A DNA stretch of 64,000 nucleotides from the NCBI GenBank assembly GCA_027001995.1, contig JALTLO010000177.1, forward strand, positions 39,814 to 103,813. The letters are read 5' to 3'. Positions 1 to 9,072 of this stretch are shown here, in pieces (positions within the stretch are counted from its first letter, which is position 1; each line of letters opens with the position of its first letter). The stretch is from Planctomycetota bacterium (GTDB lineage: Bacteria > Planctomycetota > GCA-002687715 > DRQF01). Under the pieces are notes generated by a model. It was not told the DNA's origin, did no database searches, and was given only the letters and a program-made list of their open reading frames with translations. The translations under genes and the position numbers were made by a program.

Positions 1-261
1 TTCTTATTTGCTGGTGCGGGTGGTGGCACACAGAAGAAGTAAGAGGCGGCTCCCCGTTGTCGAATGCGAGCGGATATGTCTGACCTTTGGTCCATTGCAT
101 GACGAAGGCACATGCTCCGTGTCGATAAAATTAGGAGACCCGATAGGCCACTGGATCCGAACACATGAACGGGATTTGGCAGGGAATGGCGTTCATGACT
201 ACAAGTTCTTGACCCAACGGTCTTTTATCCTATGCTCAAGATAAGATAAATAGAGAGTTTC

Positions 262-2847
262 ATGAGCATAGACGACAAGAACACTGCACCTAAGGACCAA
301 GACCAAGATGGGCTTGACGGCGATGCACCTCAGTCCACCCGTGTTGGTTCGTCGGCGAAGTCTCGGAGCAGCTCGCTATCTATGGGGTTAGGAGGGAAGA
401 CGCTCGGACACTATAGACTTCTGAAAGAAATTGGTCATGGGGGGCAGGGCTATGTTTATCTTGCAGAAGATGAGCATCTCCATCGGAAAGTCGCCCTCAA
501 GGTTCTGCTTGAATCGGGGCAGATGTCAAAGGCTTCACGATTGCGCTTTGAGCGCGAAGCGGAAGCGGCAGGCATGTTAGACCACTCTGGCATCGCACGG
601 GTCTATGAGATTGGTGAACACGAAGGTTTGGCGTTTATCGCATTCGAATTCGTCGCCGGTAGGAATCTAGCCGACCACATCAGCGAGTCTGGTGACAAGA
701 TGATTGCTGGGCAAGCGATCACAGAAGTTCACATCGAATTTGATCAGAATGAGAGCTCGTCTGCTTCGTCAAGCGCAACAGAATCGAGCGATCCGAGTAC
801 CGCAGACAGAGATGCGATTTTGAGTGCCGTGCGCTACATCGAAAGCGCCGCCCGGGCCCTCCATGCTGCCCATGAAGTCGGGCTCATCCATCGGGACATC
901 AAGCCTGCCAATCTCATGGTTCGAGACGATGGAACTGCGTGTATCCTCGATTTTGGCTTGGCAAAAAACGAAGAGTCTCATGGGATGACGCTGACCCAAT
1001 CGGGCGATCTTATGGGCACTCCGGCCTACATGTCTCCAGAGCAACTCCTGGCCCATCGCCTCAAACTTGATCGCCGGACAGATATCTATTCTCTCGGGGT
1101 CAGCTTGTTTGAGGCCTGCACTTTGCGCCGTCCTTTTATTGGCAACAACCGCCAAGAGTTATACCAGGCGATCTCGCAACAAGAGCCGCCGAATCCCCGA
1201 ACCATTAATAAGAGAATTCACAAAGACTTGTCGGCCATTATCTTGACTGCCATCGATAAAGACCGGAATCGTCGCTACCCGACAGCTTTGGAATTTGCCG
1301 ATGATTTGCGGCGGTTTCGAGAATTTGAACCAGTCCGAGCTCGACCAGCAGGGCCCTGGGTCAAAGGGGTCCGATGGATACAACGGAACCGAGGCGTTGC
1401 TATCAGCCTCGGACTAGCTTTGATGTTCTTGACAACTGGCCTGATTGTCAGCTTGGTCTTGTTGGGCAAGGCACGCAGAGAGAGAGATAGCCGTTTGGTC
1501 GCTCAACAGATCGCCGAGAAACGTCGGGAAGAGGCGGAGTCATCAGCAAGGACTGCAAGGGCTGCAAGGGCTGTCAATGATTTCTTGAACAATGATCTCC
1601 TTGGGGCGGCGAATCCAGAGAGGGCTCAAGGTCGAGAAACAACAGTGCGAGAGATCCTTGATCAAGCTGCGAAGAGAGTGGGCAAGACCTTCGAGGACGA
1701 ACCGGAAGTCGAAATTCAATTGCGGCAAACTCTAGGGGAAACTTACTCGGCTTTGGGATTGTATCCTCAGGCCTTGAAGCATTTGGAGATCACCCTAGAA
1801 AAAGTCAAACACCATTATCCTGGTGAGAGCCTCCAAATGGCCCAAGCTCATTTTGCCATGGCATTTGCCATTGGCGGAGGAAAGGGAGATCCGGAGGAAG
1901 CGGTTCGTCATATGGAAGAAGCCTATGAGATCAGGAAGTCTCTTCTTGGGGAGAATGCTCCAGAGACCTTGATTGCCGGTGCTAGGCGAGAAGAGTTTCG
2001 CGCTTTTGCCCGAGGCAAAGTGGCTCCTCCCATGACGGATTTCTATTTGAAGACGTTTGCCTTGTTGAGAGGAAAAAGCGAGACTCAACAAGAAATTGAA
2101 GATCATCTTGCTCGCAAGATCGGCGAGATTGACAATTTGTGGCGCAGTGGCAAGAGGCAGGCTGCTATTGACTTGGTCAAGGCAGAAGCGGTCCCCATAT
2201 TTAGGCACCCCATTTTCGGATCAAAGATACCTCTTGGGCTCTCATCCTATGGCGCGACTACTCTGGCCGACGCTGGTTTGCTGGGGGCAACTGAAGCCAT
2301 GATTCTCGCTTCTTTTGACCTCAGCAAAGAACTTTCCGGCCCGAATAGCCATGACACCTTGATGATTGAGGGGCATCTCGGGAATCTTCGTTTGGAACAG
2401 GAAAGACTCGAAGAAGCGGAGAGCATTCTCAAACACGTATTCCAAGTGTTGGAAAAGAAGTGGGGTTTGGGGCACAATTATACTCTCGGAGTAGCGTGGA
2501 GCCTCAGCGATACCTATCAAGCCCAGAAGCGCCTCGATTTGGCCCAAGATCTTCTCTCAAGAGCCCTTGCTGCTGGGCGTAAGAAACTGACGTCATCCCA
2601 CTATTTCGTTCTTCGTACTGCGACAAAGCTGAGTCTTGTGTTGATGAAACGAGGCCAATTTGTGGAAGCGGAGTCTTTGCTTCTGGAAAACTGGAAAATC
2701 TTGGAAAACATGGATGCGAATGGGAAATCTACCCGAAACCAAAAGCTCGCTCGGAAAGGAGCCGTGGCAACGTTGATTAAGCTCTACGGTGCATGGCAAA
2801 AGCCGGCTCAGAAAAGCAAATGGCAAGGTCGGCTGCGGGCGGAATGA
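262..2847 (+). CDS. Hanks-type Ser/Thr protein kinase with TM helix and C-terminal TPR repeats
   Basis: Kinase motifs GHGGQGYVY, VALK, HRDIKPAN, DFGLAK, GTPAYMSPEQ, DIYSLG. Hydrophobic helix GVAISLGLALMFLTTGLIVSLVLL, then TPR-like helices. Confidence 0.95.
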   Translation: MSIDDKNTAPKDQDQDGLDGDAPQSTRVGSSAKSRSSSLSMGLGGKTLGHYRLLKEIGHGGQGYVYLAEDEHLHRKVALKVLLESGQMSKASRLRFEREAEAAGMLDHSGIARVYEIGEHEGLAFIAFEFVAGRNLADHISESGDKMIAGQAITEVHIEFDQNESSSASSSATESSDPSTADRDAILSAVRYIESAARALHAAHEVGLIHRDIKPANLMVRDDGTACILDFGLAKNEESHGMTLTQSGDLMGTPAYMSPEQLLAHRLKLDRRTDIYSLGVSLFEACTLRRPFIGNNRQELYQAISQQEPPNPRTINKRIHKDLSAIILTAIDKDRNRRYPTALEFADDLRRFREFEPVRARPAGPWVKGVRWIQRNRGVAISLGLALMFLTTGLIVSLVLLGKARRERDSRLVAQQIAEKRREEAESSARTARAARAVNDFLNNDLLGAANPERAQGRETTVREILDQAAKRVGKTFEDEPEVEIQLRQTLGETYSALGLYPQALKHLEITLEKVKHHYPGESLQMAQAHFAMAFAIGGGKGDPEEAVRHMEEAYEIRKSLLGENAPETLIAGARREEFRAFARGKVAPPMTDFYLKTFALLRGKSETQQEIEDHLARKIGEIDNLWRSGKRQAAIDLVKAEAVPIFRHPIFGSKIPLGLSSYGATTLADAGLLGATEAMILASFDLSKELSGPNSHDTLMIEGHLGNLRLEQERLEEAESILKHVFQVLEKKWGLGHNYTLGVAWSLSDTYQAQKRLDLAQDLLSRALAAGRKKLTSSHYFVLRTATKLSLVLMKRGQFVEAESLLLENWKILENMDANGKSTRNQKLARKGAVATLIKLYGAWQKPAQKSKWQGRLRAE

Positions 2848-2923
2848 GGGACCCCGGTTTTTCATGGAACCTATGACCAATCCGGGAGTCAAATGATGCA
2901 ATCTTGTTCATTCGAGGACTCCC

Positions 2924-3535
2924 ATGAGAATATCCCCCTTCTTTTTTCTTTCCACTTTGATCCTTGGGTTTGCCCCTAGCAGCGATCCTCTTGTAATCAC
3001 GAGGGCCGATGTGTCGGAACGGGCTGAGATCAAATCCGAGCCCCTTGATCAGCTTATGTTCTTTGCAGTTTCCGAAGGGCTCTATCGTGAGGGTGTCAAG
3101 AATGATGACGTTGACATCATCTTGGCACAGGCCGAAGGGGAAGGGGGGACCCTGGCATACGTGAATTTCGTCTATGGCTGCGGGCTTTGCACTCCGTCAT
3201 TGAATGCGTTTCGGAACTATCGCGAAAGGCAGCTTTTCTTTGCTTCAAAGACTCACGCGAGGAGTTTCGGCAAGGGCTTAGGCAAGGTTGAAAGAGTGAG
3301 GCTGCGTAGCAAGGACCCTCAAGTACGCCTGAACTGCCTCCAAGGAATGATTCAAAGGTGGATCAAGCAGAGGCTTGACAGCAAGCGTTTGACGGCTGTG
3401 GAGAAGCGCCACTACCGAATTGGTCTGTCTCGACTCCGGAAGGACGCCATGCTGTTCCTTAAGGCACCCAAGTCCCTTTATGGGTCCAAGGCGAAATGTG
3501 CCGTTTGCGAGGGTGCGGTGGAGAGCTCTCGATGA
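2924..3535 (+). CDS. Exported hypothetical protein with two CxxC motifs
   Basis: 203 aa ORF with GAGGA RBS, signal-peptide-like N-terminus, and CGLC and CAVC motifs. Confidence 0.75.
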   Translation: MRISPFFFLSTLILGFAPSSDPLVITRADVSERAEIKSEPLDQLMFFAVSEGLYREGVKNDDVDIILAQAEGEGGTLAYVNFVYGCGLCTPSLNAFRNYRERQLFFASKTHARSFGKGLGKVERVRLRSKDPQVRLNCLQGMIQRWIKQRLDSKRLTAVEKRHYRIGLSRLRKDAMLFLKAPKSLYGSKAKCAVCEGAVESSR

Positions 3536-3809
3536 AGGTGCTTACCTCTGACCAAATGGGGCTGGTTGGGGCAGCAAAGGTGGATTCGTTGCACCATTTT
3601 GTCAATTCTGCGGCTGAGTTATGGCCCCTATGTCGATGAATGACCAGTTCTTGGTAGTGGATGCCACATACCTTAAGTCATTTATTTGTAACAGTTTGAG
3701 GTGTTATGGCTGAGGGAATTGAGTGAATTTTCAATTTCATTACAGGGAAAGGCACGGACGTTGCGATGGGTTGGGCAAGTTTCACTTAGTTTTGGATAAC
3801 GAGGTTGCC

Positions 3810-3980
3810 ATGATTATCAAATACGCACTTTCGATGCAGGGTGTTCGCTACTATCAAGTCTTTGAAGGCGACGATGACATCTTCATGGGCACTTTGGGCG
3901 AATGCAAACGTTTCATTTCGATCCACAACGCCAAGATCCTCGAACGTCAGGCTATGGCCCGAGCAGCTCGCGCTTCCTGA
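3810..3980 (+). CDS. Small 56 aa hypothetical protein (MIIKYALSMQGVRYYQVF...)
   Basis: GAGG RBS at 3801 before ATG 3810 (the track ORF starts at 3723). Followed by a clear intrinsic terminator. Confidence 0.65.
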   Translation: MIIKYALSMQGVRYYQVFEGDDDIFMGTLGECKRFISIHNAKILERQAMARAARAS

Positions 3981-4019
3981 TCGCTTTTGAAACTTTCCTA
4001 ACAGTCAATCCAGTATAAG

Positions 4020-4047
4020 GTAGGAGATACACAATCTCCTACTTTTT
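4020..4047 (+). terminator. Rho-independent terminator after the small gene
   Basis: Perfect 9 bp stem GTAGGAGAT/ATCTCCTAC followed by TTTTT. Confidence 0.8.
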
Positions 4048-4061
4048 CATGGACACGCGGA

Positions 4062-5282
4062 TTGCACTCATATCGTTTCCCCATCATCGGCCTACTCCTC
4101 ACCCTCTTCCTTCCCGGAGCTTTAGGGCAGGAAAAGACTTATAGGCCGTGGTTCCCACAAGCTATTCTTAATGAATCCACAGGCATCGTCGTGGCGACTT
4201 ATGTGCGCACGACTAAGCTCCCAAGCAAGGAACTCTTGCATCGGTTTCAGGTAAAGAGTGTTCTGAAGGGACAAGAATCCAAGAGCATCTTGGTCATTGG
4301 CGCCGAGCGTTCAATTCTTACCGAGAAGAAGCTTGAGAAAATTCTCTTTTTGAGAAGAACGAAGCACGCTTCATTTCGGGTTGTGATCGATTTCGTTGAT
4401 CTTCCCCGCCGTGATGCCGTCAATCGTGTTTCCTTCTTGGAGTCCTATCTTAAGCTCATCAAGGCTGCTAAGGGCTCTTTGGCAATTCCCATGAAGCAAC
4501 TCTGTTTTGATCACATCGAGACTTCGAGTTCCTGGGTGCGCCGCATCATTATTCGAGAGCTATTTCGGCTGGCCACCGTTCGTGCCGATCTCTTCAGTTC
4601 TTCTGATCTCTTTGAGGTCGAGAAGCTGCAAACAAGGGTGGCAGGCAAGTATGACAAGAGAACGGTCGCCCGTATCCGATTGGCCATCGAAGAAGGCAAA
4701 GCCCTCAAGTGGACCCGCTCCCGTCTTGTTTTTCCTGACGCTGAAACCCGTCGCGCCTATCTGGCAGATTTGGCACTCTTTGAGAAATCGAAGGACGTGA
4801 AGAAGCGCCTGCAATTCTTGAAGGACACGGTTGAGACCTTTCGCAAGGCTTCAGCTCCGTTTCTTGCCAATTTGCTGTCAGACTCTTCCGCCGAGGTCGT
4901 GAAACAAGCGATCTTCTATCTGGGAGAACTGGAGTCCGGAGCTGGAGTAGGAAAACTGGTGACTTTGGCACAATCGTCCCCCCAAATGGAAATTCGGCAA
5001 GCTGCTGTCTTGGCTCTTGGAAAAATCGCAGCAACGAGGGTGACCCCATCTCTGGTGGCCCTCCTGGGGGTAGAAGAGTTGCAGGAGGCTGTTCTTCGGG
5101 CCTTGATCGCCCTGGACACCCCCAGCAGCGTTCAGGCAGTTCGCGAGTTTGATGACGCACGCAGGCGTGATCCGAAATCTTCTCCAGAGCTTCGTGTCTA
5201 TTTGGCCAAAATTCTCGGAAAACCGTTTCGCAAACAATTGGAGCGGGAGCACCGCGCGCGCTTGACCAAATATGCCCGCTGA
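4062..5282 (+). CDS. Exported HEAT-repeat protein
   Basis: Signal peptide (…LPGALG|QE). HEAT-like units LLSDSSAEVVKQAIFYLGEL and MEIRQAAVLALGKI. Confidence 0.8.
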   Translation: MHSYRFPIIGLLLTLFLPGALGQEKTYRPWFPQAILNESTGIVVATYVRTTKLPSKELLHRFQVKSVLKGQESKSILVIGAERSILTEKKLEKILFLRRTKHASFRVVIDFVDLPRRDAVNRVSFLESYLKLIKAAKGSLAIPMKQLCFDHIETSSSWVRRIIIRELFRLATVRADLFSSSDLFEVEKLQTRVAGKYDKRTVARIRLAIEEGKALKWTRSRLVFPDAETRRAYLADLALFEKSKDVKKRLQFLKDTVETFRKASAPFLANLLSDSSAEVVKQAIFYLGELESGAGVGKLVTLAQSSPQMEIRQAAVLALGKIAATRVTPSLVALLGVEELQEAVLRALIALDTPSSVQAVREFDDARRRDPKSSPELRVYLAKILGKPFRKQLEREHRARLTKYAR

Positions 5283-5389
5283 ACGGAGCGTTGCCCGTTT
5301 GATGCTTCTTCCCTCCCGTGCTACCGTAAACCCTGTTCGAGCCCATTGATAGCAGAGTTTTTCCCGCTCAGATTGAGGGTCAGTTCTTC

Positions 5390-6982
5390 ATGTTGCATTT
5401 TTCTCGGATAGGGTCATTCTCTATCATAATAATTGGCATGTTTTTTTCGTTCTTGCCAGTTGCTTTTGCACAGGTGGAAAGCACCGCCGCTGAAACTCAT
5501 GTTTCGCCTAAGAAGAGTTCTCCGCGACAGTTGAGAATCGGTGTGGAAGATGCTGTGCGTTTAGCCACCACCCACAACAGCTCCTTGAAAGTTGCCTATT
5601 TTAATCAATTGATTGACCACACTTCTGTTTCTGAATCGGAAGCCAAGTTTGAACCAACATTGAATCTCGCCGCCAACTATGGCGCTCGCGAGTCGGTGTT
5701 TCCAAGCACTTTCCCTACAGGAAACACCAATCCAGATGGAACTCCCGAGTTCTTCCAAACCATCGTCACCAACTCGGCGGATGCCGCGGGGTTCAGCGCT
5801 GGGGTCAAAGGGCTCTTTCCTACAGGCGCCACTTACGAAATGCAAATTGGCACCAGCTTCGAGAACAATGAACGAGGGGGTTTGATTAACCCAAGTTTTC
5901 AAACATCGACGACGGTGACTTTCACCCAACCGATTCTTCGAAATGCTTGGCTTCAATATAACTACGCCGAGATTCGATTGGCGCGTTTTGCCGAATCTCA
6001 AAGTCGGCAGCGATATCGCACCGATGTTTTGGCTACGATTCAGGCAGTTCATGAAGCCTATTGGAACTATGTCTTCTCAATCAAAGACTTGACGGTGAAG
6101 AAACGTTCTTTGGAGCTGGCGAACAAACTCTTAGACATCAACCGGGTGAAAGTGGAGACAGGCGTTTTTGCTCCCATCGAAATTGCTGCTGCAGAGTCGG
6201 GGGTGGCAACACGTGTGACCGATGTCCAAGTGGCAGAAAATGCTATTGAAGACAATGCGGATCGTTTACGTCGGCTCATTTTGAGCTTCGCAAAGCGTTC
6301 CGATTGGGATATCGATCTCATTCCAACAGACGATATCAAGGAAACAACATGGAAAATTCCGCCACTTGATGAATGCATTGATATTGCCCTTTCGGAAAGA
6401 CCAGATCTTTCAGAATCTCGCCTGAATCTCCGTCGCCAAGACATCAATATCGCCGTGGCAGACAATGAGCTCTTACCCAAAGTTGACGTGGCGGGTTCGG
6501 TGACCTTCACGGGTCTGAATAGTGGCTTTGATAGCTCATTCACTGATAGCTTTGGAACTGTCGGTGCTGAGACTTGGAATTTGGCGGTCACTTTGGAGAT
6601 CCCCCTGGGGAATCGCGCTGCAAGAGCAAAGCTGTCTCGGTCGCGTCTTCAAAGAGATCAAGCTTTGATGACCTACAGAGATCTTCAGTTGACCGCCATG
6701 GAAGAAGTACGAAAGTCCTATCGCGACGTGGAGATTGCCCTCAAGACCACCCAATCCCAGAAGAAAGCAATGGAGCTCAAAAGAGAAGAGCTCAAGAACG
6801 AACAGATCAAACTGGAGAACAAGGTCTCAACGAATTTCCAAGTCTTGGAGGTTGAAAGTGATCTGGCAGAACGCAAAAGTGAATTTATTCGGGCATTGGT
6901 TCAATATCGAATAGCTTTGTCGAGCTTGGCCAAGGCCATGGGATCAAGTCAAAGAGTGCTGAAATGGTCGCTTCGCCGTTAG
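5390..6982 (+). CDS. TolC-family outer membrane efflux protein
   Basis: Signal peptide and duplicated OEP pattern: LRIGVEDAVRLA…, FTQPILRN, LLPKVDV, LEIPLGNRAARA, STNFQVLEVESDL. Confidence 0.9.
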   Translation: MLHFSRIGSFSIIIIGMFFSFLPVAFAQVESTAAETHVSPKKSSPRQLRIGVEDAVRLATTHNSSLKVAYFNQLIDHTSVSESEAKFEPTLNLAANYGARESVFPSTFPTGNTNPDGTPEFFQTIVTNSADAAGFSAGVKGLFPTGATYEMQIGTSFENNERGGLINPSFQTSTTVTFTQPILRNAWLQYNYAEIRLARFAESQSRQRYRTDVLATIQAVHEAYWNYVFSIKDLTVKKRSLELANKLLDINRVKVETGVFAPIEIAAAESGVATRVTDVQVAENAIEDNADRLRRLILSFAKRSDWDIDLIPTDDIKETTWKIPPLDECIDIALSERPDLSESRLNLRRQDINIAVADNELLPKVDVAGSVTFTGLNSGFDSSFTDSFGTVGAETWNLAVTLEIPLGNRAARAKLSRSRLQRDQALMTYRDLQLTAMEEVRKSYRDVEIALKTTQSQKKAMELKREELKNEQIKLENKVSTNFQVLEVESDLAERKSEFIRALVQYRIALSSLAKAMGSSQRVLKWSLRR

Positions 6983-7061
6983 AAGCCATTTCATTTGTGG
7001 CTAAAGATGAGACCAAAATCGAAATGCGCATTCCACAAGAACTCATTAGGATCGAATTCTC

Positions 7062-8474
7062 ATGGATATGAAGACCCTTTTGCTCTACGGCGCAGTTGTG
7101 GCTCTCGCGGCTGGCTTAGCAGTCTTGGTATTTTCGGAACCGGCCACTTCAGATTCGCTTGGAGATAGGGAGGTTGTGCAGGTTGATGATCCAGCTTGGT
7201 ATCGAACCGCCTCTTTCGGAACTCGTTTGGCTGCTCTCAAGAAGCGCCTTGCATTGATGACTTCTCGCGCGATTGCACCGGAGCAAACAGGACCGGTGAA
7301 GGATGACATTGCGCTTCTTTGCCGAGATGAAGCTTTGGTGGACGTTGTGATTGACTCCTTCGAATCTCATCCTCATTTGACCTCAGCCCTTCTGTCCGCA
7401 TACATGGAGATCTTTGGCCGAGTCAAGAATCCCAAATTCACGCCTCTTTTGAAGCGCGGTTTTGAAAGTCCTGAGTTTGAAGTACGGATGAACGCTGCTG
7501 CCGCAGGAATGGTTCACGGAAGTGCTCGCTCCATCGAAGAGATTGGCCAAGCTCTTCTTGTCAGCTCGGGAGCCCAAGCCGGAAGTTTGTTGGCGACGCT
7601 CTTGGCCGACGGTGGGGGAAACGCACTCCATTGGGTCGAGGCCGTTATTGCCGAGAGAGAAGAAGAAGGCTTGCTCATCCCTTCTCTTCGTGCCATGGGA
7701 GACGCCCGATACATGAACGCTATTCCGACGATTCGTCGCCGTCTGAAGCATCCCAGTGCTGCGGTGGAGATTGCTGCCGCCGCTGCTTTAGCGATTATGG
7801 GCCAACAGGATGGCTATCAGTATATTCGCAACTTAGCCATGGACGAGAAAGCCAGCCCTTTGGCAAGAGCTGAAGCCGTCCAAGTCTTGCACACCGTAGC
7901 CGGTGGCAAAAACAAGGAGCTCTTTCGCAAACTGGCCTCGCGTAAAGACGCTGCGGGCTTTGAGTCGCGGCTTGTTTTGCTGAAGTTGCGCGATCCAGAA
8001 ATGATCAAGCAATTGAGAAGTAAAGCTTTGGGAAAGAGAGGTCTCGACAAAGTTCAGGCTGCAGGGGCCCTTGGGGCTTCTGGGGTGGAAGAAGATGCGG
8101 CATTCTTGGCAGAGCATGTGGACGAATTTGATGTGGCGACGCTTCGCGCTGTCATCGAATCTCTCAAACGAGGCCGGCCGAAAAACGCCGGTCGTTTCAT
8201 CGCCAACCTGGCAGCCTTGAAAAAGCCGGAAGCAGGCTTGGCTTATCGCGCTTTTTCTCAGTATGGCGAGGATGCTCTGGATGACTTGGCCCGTGTCCTT
8301 GCCAAAGAGACAGACCCGGAACGACGTGACCTGCTATTGAGAGCTGCGTCGCTTGTACCGTGTGAAAAGTCATTGGCTATCCTTCAGTCCGTAGACGCGG
8401 GAGACGATCGCGATTTGTGGATGCTTGTTCGGAGTCTTATTCGCAAAGTTGATCTGGGGATCCTTAAGAAATGA
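7062..8474 (+). CDS. Membrane-anchored HEAT-repeat protein
   Basis: N-terminal TM helix and repeated HEAT units (EFEVRMNAAAA, SAAVEIAAAAALAIMG, PLARAEAVQVL). Confidence 0.8.
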   Translation: MDMKTLLLYGAVVALAAGLAVLVFSEPATSDSLGDREVVQVDDPAWYRTASFGTRLAALKKRLALMTSRAIAPEQTGPVKDDIALLCRDEALVDVVIDSFESHPHLTSALLSAYMEIFGRVKNPKFTPLLKRGFESPEFEVRMNAAAAGMVHGSARSIEEIGQALLVSSGAQAGSLLATLLADGGGNALHWVEAVIAEREEEGLLIPSLRAMGDARYMNAIPTIRRRLKHPSAAVEIAAAAALAIMGQQDGYQYIRNLAMDEKASPLARAEAVQVLHTVAGGKNKELFRKLASRKDAAGFESRLVLLKLRDPEMIKQLRSKALGKRGLDKVQAAGALGASGVEEDAAFLAEHVDEFDVATLRAVIESLKRGRPKNAGRFIANLAALKKPEAGLAYRAFSQYGEDALDDLARVLAKETDPERRDLLLRAASLVPCEKSLAILQSVDAGDDRDLWMLVRSLIRKVDLGILKK

Positions 8475-8480
8475 CAGCCG

Positions 8481-9062
8481 ATGCAGATCGTTAAGAGTGT
8501 GGTCCAAGAGGGGCATGTGGATCACATCCGTGAAGGTACTCGTGCCTATTTCTTGGGCGAGAATTATACCGAACTTCAGATCGACAAAGAGCAGTTGCGT
8601 TTTTGCAAGCATGGGGCTGTAAAGGTGGCCATGAACTCAAAAATCGAGTCTCTGCCAACAGTGCTTGATGTTCGTTTGATTCCCCAAGTCGACAGAGACG
8701 GCCATGACTTGGTTGTTCTGACCTTGAACTATGAAGTAAAAATGAAGTTTCGACTAGTGAGTCGAATCGACACATTATTTTTCGATTTGGAAACCGAGGC
8801 CCTTCAAGAGTACTTAGAGACGGGGAAGCGTAGTTTTGATGTGGGACGGTTGAACGATGTTCGCAATCCCATCGCCATTACAGCTTTTGGTAACGCTCTT
8901 TTGACTGCTTTTCTGATCGGAGCGGCGGGGCTCTTGATCGGGGCTAAAGCCCATGTCATCTTTCCGATCGCCCTTGGCATCAGCTTGATTACCTATGTCA
9001 GTATTATTGGTTTCGCCGATATCATTGTTGATGGCATGGATCAGCTCAAGCACAAGAAATAA
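8481..9062 (+). CDS. Hypothetical protein with two C-terminal TM helices
   Basis: 193 aa ORF 6 nt after the previous stop, with a hydrophobic hairpin near the C-terminus. Confidence 0.75.
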   Translation: MQIVKSVVQEGHVDHIREGTRAYFLGENYTELQIDKEQLRFCKHGAVKVAMNSKIESLPTVLDVRLIPQVDRDGHDLVVLTLNYEVKMKFRLVSRIDTLFFDLETEALQEYLETGKRSFDVGRLNDVRNPIAITAFGNALLTAFLIGAAGLLIGAKAHVIFPIALGISLITYVSIIGFADIIVDGMDQLKHKK

Positions 9063-9072
9063 TCGGCAACCA

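Noticed and set aside
8..244. 78 aa ORF at the window start
   Set aside because: No RBS or recognisable motif, so it cannot be supported.
1546..1572. 9 nt tandem repeat x3 (GCAAGGACT/GCAAGGGCT) in the kinase gene
   Set aside because: A short in-frame repeat in a helical linker (ARTARAARA), with no sign of phase variation.
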